From the IMG/VR virus record IMGVR_UViG_2870464427_000001: a stretch of 32,182 nucleotides of DNA; one strand, written 5' to 3'. The notes below the pieces were generated by a model, which was not told the DNA's origin, did no database searches, and was given only the letters and a program-made list of their open reading frames with translations. The DNA comes from a virus (lineage: Duplodnaviria; Heunggongvirae; Uroviricota; Caudoviricetes). The position numbers were made by a program, and so were the translations under genes. Positions 25,873 to 32,182 of the stretch are shown here, piece by piece (positions within the stretch are counted from its first letter, which is position 1; each line of letters begins with the position of its first letter).

Positions 25873-27415
25873 TTACCTCAGAAACAGGAGGATTAATAAG
25901 CCCCAACTCACGGCGAGCATTCTCTTCTCTGCCACAAATTTGTGCGGTTTCTTCCCAGTTAAGACCTGACATTTCAGCCGCTTCCTTTTCACGGGTAGAG
26001 AATGTTTCCTCAACACGCAGTTTTGCAGCTTTGACTTCTTTAAGGGGATCTAATTGGCCTTGTGATGGGCCATACCATTGAGCGCCACTCCATGCAGCGC
26101 GATATTCAGGCCCATAAAAAAAACCAGGGGCAATAACACGACCTTTAGCCACGGCTTCGGCCAACCATTCCTCATAGATCGGTTGGCAAAATGACTGAAC
26201 CATCCAGTCACGTCGCATACGGAACATTTTCCAGGCTTCAAGTAATGCGGCCCTGCTTGCGCTATAACTTGCTGTAAAATGCTTTACCAAGAGTTCGTAA
26301 GGGAGTTCTAAAGCAGCCCCAATTTGACGGCATATGGCGACAACAAAACCATCAAATGCCGTATTTGGTCGCCCGGGATTTGCTGTATCTATCGACTCAC
26401 CTTCACCCAAACTTACTATGGAGCCATTCCCCATTTCTTGGGTGTTATCATCATGGTTATCGATCTGCTCGTACTGAGGGATACCCGATTCACCGACTGG
26501 TCCATCAGGAGCCTCTGTTTTAATAAAGACAGTAAACATCCCTGACACAACCGCAGCAACCAATTCAGCATCGGTGTATCGTCCTAACTGCTTCAATGCT
26601 TCAATTACAGGAGCAAGGACAGGAACGCCACGGCGTTGCCCAGGCCTTTCAAAATCCTGCATGACATGCAGAATATTTCTTCTTCCTGTTTTACTCCCAT
26701 ATGCGGGAATACGTTCCCACTTGCGGGTTACAAAACCAGAAGTCCCGGCTGGGTGATGTTTTGCAACCCAGTACGCCACAGGCTCGCTAAATTCACCAAC
26801 CTCTACGCCACCGTAAAGATTTGGTATAAAACGATCCTCTGGATTGCAAACACGATCACCTTCAATTAAATAGACGCACAAATCATATATAACACCCTTA
26901 CGCTTAATAACTGGTAGCGCAGCAAATATATCGCCAGATGTTAACGCAGATATTTGGACCAATGATTGCAATTGTCCAAAAGTACACATTCTTGATGCAT
27001 CACAATTTGGAGAATCAGCCCATAATCTAAACTCACGCTCAACATGCTTTTCCCATGCTCGCGCTTCTTCCTGCGTCATCCCCAAGAAATCGGCATCAAT
27101 GTTCGCATTTAGTTTTAAACCGGAACCAACAACGTTTGTCCTGATAGTTTTTATTGCGCCAACCGATAGCGGGTTTCCCATGAAGAGATCACGAGAACGC
27201 TCACGCAATTTATCTATATTTTTAACAATATCATCATCAGGAGAACCAGCTTTACTAAACCAACCCCTTAATGATTTTTTATGAGTGCTTGCACCATGAC
27301 GTGAATATCCAAGGTTATTAATACCTTCAAGTGCCTCTAACCGTTTTCTTGCCAAAGCTCGATTTAATGCCCTCTGAGGTGAAAACGGCGCAATAACTCG
27401 ATCAAGAATATTCAT
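25841..27415 (-). CDS. portal protein (lambda B family)
   Basis: 524 aa, between the gpW-like and protease genes; size and position as for lambda gpB. Confidence 0.85.
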   Translation of the reverse strand: MNILDRVIAPFSPQRALNRALARKRLEALEGINNLGYSRHGASTHKKSLRGWFSKAGSPDDDIVKNIDKLRERSRDLFMGNPLSVGAIKTIRTNVVGSGLKLNANIDADFLGMTQEEARAWEKHVEREFRLWADSPNCDASRMCTFGQLQSLVQISALTSGDIFAALPVIKRKGVIYDLCVYLIEGDRVCNPEDRFIPNLYGGVEVGEFSEPVAYWVAKHHPAGTSGFVTRKWERIPAYGSKTGRRNILHVMQDFERPGQRRGVPVLAPVIEALKQLGRYTDAELVAAVVSGMFTVFIKTEAPDGPVGESGIPQYEQIDNHDDNTQEMGNGSIVSLGEGESIDTANPGRPNTAFDGFVVAICRQIGAALELPYELLVKHFTASYSASRAALLEAWKMFRMRRDWMVQSFCQPIYEEWLAEAVAKGRVIAPGFFYGPEYRAAWSGAQWYGPSQGQLDPLKEVKAAKLRVEETFSTREKEAAEMSGLNWEETAQICGREENARRELGLINPPVSEVNEQNMETDDA

Positions 27416-27651
27416 AAATCTCTTATCACCACTCGTTTAATTCGTGGGCTTCGGCGTATACCTGCTGATAATCTTTCTACTTCATTACGCCAGTAATCCA
27501 TCTCTTTTCTGACTTCTGATAAATCCGCACGAGTTAACTGCCGCGTACCAAATTTATATGACTGACCGCCAATAGCAATAGCGCGATATGCTTCCCGCCA
27601 GACAGATAACATCTCTCTGGCTTCAGTCAGAGAAAATGCTTCATTGTTCAT
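27412..27651 (-). CDS. head-tail joining protein (lambda gpW-like)
   Basis: 79 aa between terminase and portal; pattern resembles lambda W. Confidence 0.6.
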   Translation of the reverse strand: MNNEAFSLTEAREMLSVWREAYRAIAIGGQSYKFGTRQLTRADLSEVRKEMDYWRNEVERLSAGIRRSPRIKRVVIRDL

Positions 27652-27662
27652 TTATATTTCCT

Positions 27663-29518
27663 CTATATGGTTACGCCTTTACTTATAACTCTACGGCGTC
27701 TTCTACGTATACCTGACGAGTTCTGCACATACACATTACCTCGCATTTCCTGTTCGGCAAGCCAGTTAAAATTAGGGTTCAGAATTTCCATCGCGGCAGT
27801 TGCATAGTTACGGCAATCAAGAGGCTCGTTACGCTCGTAGACTTTCACCCACTTTTCTTTTGTCTGCCCATTTTTATATTCAAATATTTTTTTCTCTGAT
27901 AATAATCCTTTAAAGTATTCGGTATCATATCCTCTGTCAGAATCTAATGGGAAATGCATATAACCAGGACCAGGATCATGTAGTTTAATTCTTGCCATGA
28001 TGGTCCCTTTACCATCATCAACCCCAAATTAAACAACATAGCCCCCACACGGTTATTATTACTTGGCTTTCCTATAAATGGTAAACCTACCCCACCACGC
28101 CCCCTGATAGAGTATATTCGCCTTGATTCTCTCGGCTTAGTAAAGCGATATACCTCTGTCGTAAAATGCCCACCAGAGTCAATACAAACGGAAGAAATCT
28201 GTAATTTTCGACCGTCACGGAATGACCAGCTACGGAGTAAGTATTCATCAAGTTGTTTCCAGACAACATCTTGTGCGGGATCACCTGGGAATATTTTATA
28301 TTCTATCCCCCATGACTCCTTACCTTTTCCCCAACCGACCAATTCACAAACTAAATACGTGTCCTGTACGTCAACACCAGCACTTAACAATAAAACATCA
28401 TCTGGTAAAAACTCTTCAAACCTTATTCTGCGTTGCAACAAGTATTCAGGATCGATATCGTCTTTAGCATCCTCTTTCCATGGCTCACCCAGCTTAAGGT
28501 TAATAAACTCCATTAATCCATTTTTATCGCGGTTTCTGGTTGCTTCCGTAAATTCTTCAACCAGCTCTGACAATGCAACCCACGGGGAGTAAAGACTGTT
28601 AATATGAAAACCAACAATACCTTTAACTCCAGTATGTTCAGCTATCCATACCCCCTTCGCCAACCAATCAACGTCTGGTTTACCAGATCCGCGCATAATC
28701 CCGCCGCACTCACAGCACTCATATCTGGCCGTTTCCGGTAACGCCTCACCTGAATCGCTCTTATCCCATCTGACTTGCGACCATTTCATCACCTGCATGG
28801 TGCCACAACATGGGCAAGGAACATGGTAGTAACGCTGATCGGAGAGCTTAAACCACTTGTGGATTTTGCTCGTTTCCTCCAAAACAGGAGTAGAAACAAA
28901 AACTTTCTTACGATTATGAAAGTTGGTAGTACGCTGAATACCTAGTTTTAGTGGGTCGCCCTCCTGCGTCACACCGTAACGATCAATCTCATCAGCTAAC
29001 AGTATTCGAATTGGCCTGGATGCAAGACCTGCTGGGGAATTAGCACCAACAAGTGCTATATATCCACCAGCGTAATGCTTCATACGTATAGTCGTGCTGG
29101 ACTTTTTGGCTGCACCGCGCCCCTCTTTCCCTTCATGCAGCTTGTGTTTCAAACCTGGGGAATATTTGAACGTCGGATCAATACGCTCTTTTGAAAAAGC
29201 CTCAGCCGCCTCTACCGTTGGATAAATCATCAACTGAGGAGATGGCTCCTGATCTGCAAAGTAACCCATAACATTTAGCTGTAATTCGGATTTACCAATT
29301 TGCGAGCTACATTGCATCACTACTGTTTCTGTATCAGCGTCACCAATAACATCCATTGGTTCACGCAAATATGGCACTCGGCTTGTACGCCACGGCCCTG
29401 GCTCTGGAGACGTTCCCGGCGCTACATGACGATACTTATCAGCCCATTCGGAAACAGTTAGCCGTGATTTAGGGCGAAGCGCACGGAAAAAAGCGGTGCT
29501 CCATACTGTTTCGCCCAT
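27663..29518 (-). pseudogene. terminase large subunit (lambda gpA family) split by a single-base frameshift
   Basis: ORFs 27944..29518 and 27663..27998 overlap. The first frame turns to junk after ..SNNNRVGAMLFNLG and the second reads ..VDDGKGTIMARIKLHDPGPGYMHFP. One extra G in the G4 run (plus-strand C-run 28022-28025) would give one roughly 619-aa protein. Confidence 0.75.
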
Positions 29519-29523
29519 GAGGT

Positions 29524-30075
29524 TTATTCTTCCTGCTTAATAAATCGGGATTCCTGGAGCGCCTGAAGCGCAAAATTAATCTCGTCTTCAATAATGCGTT
29601 CGATCTCCCTGGCTGTTTTGCCTTCACAACGGGGAGCTGCTCTTGGAGCAATACTAAATAAGCGGCTACGCAATTCATTAGCTGCCAGAAATGCATCATC
29701 CCTGACCGCATCTTTAGCGATGAGAGAGCCTTCCTTTTCTTCAAATTCAAGGCGTTTCAGCTTTGCCTGATAAATTTTTTCTGCAGTCTTAGCCTTGTTG
29801 AATTGCACCGCAACACCGGAAGTACCACCAGCTAATCCGGCATCATCAGCGGGTAACTCTGGTTGTTCCGAAGATATCCCATGCCCTCTTTTTCCGTTTT
29901 CAGCAGATACCTCACGACCAACCTGTCGGCTCGCTTCATAAGCCGCACTAGCTTTATCAAAATCCAGCTTGCCGCTTTTCAGCACTGGAATGCGACCGGA
30001 ACGACAGAGCTTCGTAACCATTGCCGGAGAAATACCTTTCCGGCGGGCAAACTCTGACTTACTGACGATGGCCAT
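29524..30075 (-). CDS. terminase small subunit (Nu1-like, N-terminal HTH)
   Basis: 183 aa from the ATG at 30075, overlapping the ParB-like stop as TAATG; HTH-like segment EFARRKGISPAMVTKLCRSGRIPV. Confidence 0.65.
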   Translation of the reverse strand: MAIVSKSEFARRKGISPAMVTKLCRSGRIPVLKSGKLDFDKASAAYEASRQVGREVSAENGKRGHGISSEQPELPADDAGLAGGTSGVAVQFNKAKTAEKIYQAKLKRLEFEEKEGSLIAKDAVRDDAFLAANELRSRLFSIAPRAAPRCEGKTAREIERIIEDEINFALQALQESRFIKQEE

Positions 30076-30665
30076 TACTTGCAACCATTAGCAAGATACT
30101 GAACAAATCCCTCATGCGTTTCATGCGCGTCGTGGTACTGACGATAAACATCCAGCAACAATGCAATTTCCATATCCGTCGCGGGAATACGTTCTTTATC
30201 AATAGCCAGGTACTTAATTTGAACAACAGGGGAAGAATTATCGTCTTCTTCCTGCGGCTGTTCATCGCTTAACATTTCGTCAAGCTCTGCATCATTAAAC
30301 CCAAGCAGATCAATATCAAAATCATCATCCATTAACTCTTTGACTTCTTCGGCCAGAAGCTGCATATCCCAGCCAGCATTTAAGGCCAGCTTGTTATCTG
30401 CAATCCTGTAAGCCTTCTTCTGTTTTTCAGAAAGGTTACTCAACCGAATCGCCGGAACTTTATCCATTTCCAGAATTTCGGCTGCTGCAAGCCGCCCATG
30501 CCCCGCAATCAGTTCATTCTTTTCATCGATCAGCACAGGATTAGTGAAACCGAACTCACGGATACTGTTCACCAACTGTTCAACCTGCTCATCTGAATGA
30601 GTCCGTGAATTTTTGGCGTATCTGAGCAGCTTACCGACTGGTAAATATTCGATTTTTAGAGCCAT
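30075..30665 (-). CDS. ParB-like nuclease domain protein (ParB/Srx N-terminal fold)
   Basis: 196 aa; YLPVGKLLRYAKNSRTHSDEQVEQLVNSIREFGFTNPVLID .. LIAGHGRLAAA matches the ParB N-terminal domain pattern; acidic C-terminus. Confidence 0.75.
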   Translation of the reverse strand: MALKIEYLPVGKLLRYAKNSRTHSDEQVEQLVNSIREFGFTNPVLIDEKNELIAGHGRLAAAEILEMDKVPAIRLSNLSEKQKKAYRIADNKLALNAGWDMQLLAEEVKELMDDDFDIDLLGFNDAELDEMLSDEQPQEEDDNSSPVVQIKYLAIDKERIPATDMEIALLLDVYRQYHDAHETHEGFVQYLANGCK

Positions 30666-31030
30666 TTTTTAACCGCCATAACACAACAGGTTAAAGAAAA
30701 CTGTTTAACTTATTGATACTAAAAGAGAAAAATGACGATCTTTTTACTCATAAAAAAATCACACAAACCAGCATAATCATCTGATTTTATTAAGTTTTTA
30801 TAAGTAAAAAGGATCTTGCAATGGTGTTTTGGTTAAAAGATTGGATGTATTTGCATGATTTATAACGATTTTTATCAAAACAGCCTTACATTGGTTAAAG
30901 ATCTGCGCGTATCTTGATGATCTAAAAGAAAATTCTCTACTTTCTTTTCACCATCACAAGCACAGCAAAAAATCACGTTTTCCCGATATTTTTCAATGAG
31001 ATGAGTAAATTTCTTTTACCGCAACTTTTA
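30666..31030. promoter_or_regulatory. AT-rich intergenic region with clustered GATC sites upstream of the packaging operon
   Basis: About 365 bp with no credible ORF; GATC at 30737, 30812, 30900 and 30919. Position is compatible with a late promoter and/or a packaging-recognition site. Confidence 0.35.
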
Positions 31031-31223
31031 ACCTAACTTTTTTCACGTTTAGCTAGCCGAACATCGGGGTTCGAATGACCCGCATCCAACGCTTTTGGCC
31101 AGAAGGACCCAATTCTGCCGGACGATGAAACGATGCTCGTGCCCACCCACAGACAGCCAGTGAGCAACGCTACAGAACACAGTGAATACACCCTGCATAA
31201 CAACACCATCAACCACACGATGG

Positions 31224-31943
31224 TTAACGAGAGAACGTCTTAGAAAGAATGTCATCAATAGCCTTTGTGACTTCATCAGCAAACGCATCCTCACCAGCAC
31301 GCAGCGCCACGCCATGCCAATCAAGACGCTGAGAATAGTTAGGTTGCTGGATAAACGTAAGGATCAACGTAGGACGCCGCCCAACGCGCTGCCAGACGCC
31401 TGGTTGAAGCGGGTTACTTGTACCAGGTCGAACAACAAAAAACTCCGTAGGCTTGCCCTGACGGCGATTTTGATGCGCATCTCGCTGAACTCTTAGGCCA
31501 GATAAGACCTGCTGTAATTGCCCCCGCGAAATATTCCCGTATTTGTCCAGCTTTGCGCCGGGACCAGGAGCAAGCTGCCAGCCGTTAGGCAAATATCCAC
31601 CAGCCCTTAGTGCCCCTTCTGAGCGCTTGTACTGTCGTTGACCGCCTTCGATTTGCGGAGTCAACGTTACAGGGGCTGGCGTTCCACCCCATTCACGAGC
31701 ATACACAATGGCTGTAGGATCACTCTTCTTTGCGGCCAAAACGTAAGTAGAGTTCTGAATCCACGGCGTGGGCCTGTCAAATACCCGATTAATTTCATTC
31801 TTAATCGCGGCCTGAGAAGCCTTTGCCGTTCTGGTTGCCGTAAGCGCCATTGCGAACGGCAATTCGCGTTCTTCAAGGCGCTGGAGTTGTCGTTGAATAT
31901 CCTGAGAAGAAAAATCCATCTTTAGCTCAATTCTATCAGCCAC
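31224..31943 (-). CDS. hypothetical protein
   Basis: 239-aa ORF with a GTG start preceded by AGGAGG 5 nt upstream. No motif recognised. Confidence 0.55.
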   Translation of the reverse strand: MADRIELKMDFSSQDIQRQLQRLEERELPFAMALTATRTAKASQAAIKNEINRVFDRPTPWIQNSTYVLAAKKSDPTAIVYAREWGGTPAPVTLTPQIEGGQRQYKRSEGALRAGGYLPNGWQLAPGPGAKLDKYGNISRGQLQQVLSGLRVQRDAHQNRRQGKPTEFFVVRPGTSNPLQPGVWQRVGRRPTLILTFIQQPNYSQRLDWHGVALRAGEDAFADEVTKAIDDILSKTFSR

Positions 31944-31959
31944 CAGCGCCTCCTACACA

Positions 31960-32182
31960 CTACTTAATCAACGGCCGGAAAGCCGCCAGCACATCATCGG
32001 AGCGACCGATTGTTGAACCACCAGGCAACGGCAACTCAAACTCAAAACGAACAGCTTTCTCCAGACTCGTCCAACTAAGGGAATCATCGTTAATGACGTG
32101 CAAATACCAGCTCTTACAGTTGAATATTGACCGCTTAATCCTGAAACCATGTACACGACACAACTGCTTCACTTCCTCATCA
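31960..32182 (-). CDS. hypothetical protein, 3' part (runs off the window edge)
   Basis: ORF ends at 31960, 17 bp upstream of the next gene; a competing overlapping frame exists, so frame choice is uncertain. Confidence 0.3.
   Translation of the reverse strand, partial: DEEVKQLCRVHGFRIKRSIFNCKSWYLHVINDDSLSWTSLEKAVRFEFELPLPGGSTIGRSDDVLAAFRPLIK

Noticed and set aside
31040-31075. ggggttcgaatgaccc motif resembling a tRNA T-loop
   Set aside because: It forms only a simple hairpin with a 5-nt loop and no acceptor or anticodon arm can be built around it.
1-32182. CRISPR array
   Set aside because: No regularly spaced short direct repeats with unique spacers; the only tandem repeats are the coding fibre repeats at 11320-11680.
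1-32182. Integrase and attachment site
   Set aside because: The only recombinase is the small serine invertase at 7345..7899 acting on the tail-fibre segment; no tyrosine or large serine integrase ORF is present in this window. Absence within the window does not prove absence from the element.

Overview
This 32 kb window reads as a mosaic temperate-phage element of Enterobacteriaceae type that carries its own plasmid-style replicon, so a phage-plasmid is the leading hypothesis. No similarity search or folding was run; all calls rest on reading the ORF translations and the DNA, and on recalled family signatures. Layout, low to high coordinate: (1) 1-5.6 kb accessory/immunity-like region with an ORF6N-type antirepressor-like gene preceded by a coupled small ORF, several small HTH regulators, a HigB/HigA-like toxin-antitoxin pair and two uncharacterised two-gene modules; (2) 5.9-7.2 kb IncFII-family RepA initiator with a downstream AT-rich origin-like region containing a perfect DnaA box and an upstream leader carrying a CopA-like antisense-RNA candidate; (3) 7.3-10.9 kb Gin/Cin/Pin-family serine invertase beside a ~2.95 kb invertible segment bounded by inverted gix-like sites, holding two alternative tail-fibre C-terminal cassettes and two tail-fibre assembly genes; (4) 9.4-21.8 kb P2/Mu-like contractile tail module on the minus strand, including a TTTTTTG programmed frameshift in the E/E' chaperone; (5) 21.8-30.7 kb lambda-like head and packaging module plus a ParB-like nuclease-domain gene; (6) an AT-rich GATC-containing intergenic region and two further minus-strand ORFs at the right edge. 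Two structural genes (large terminase, baseplate J-like) are each split by a single-base frameshift at a homopolymer run. No integrase, lysis cassette, tRNA, rRNA or CRISPR array was seen.
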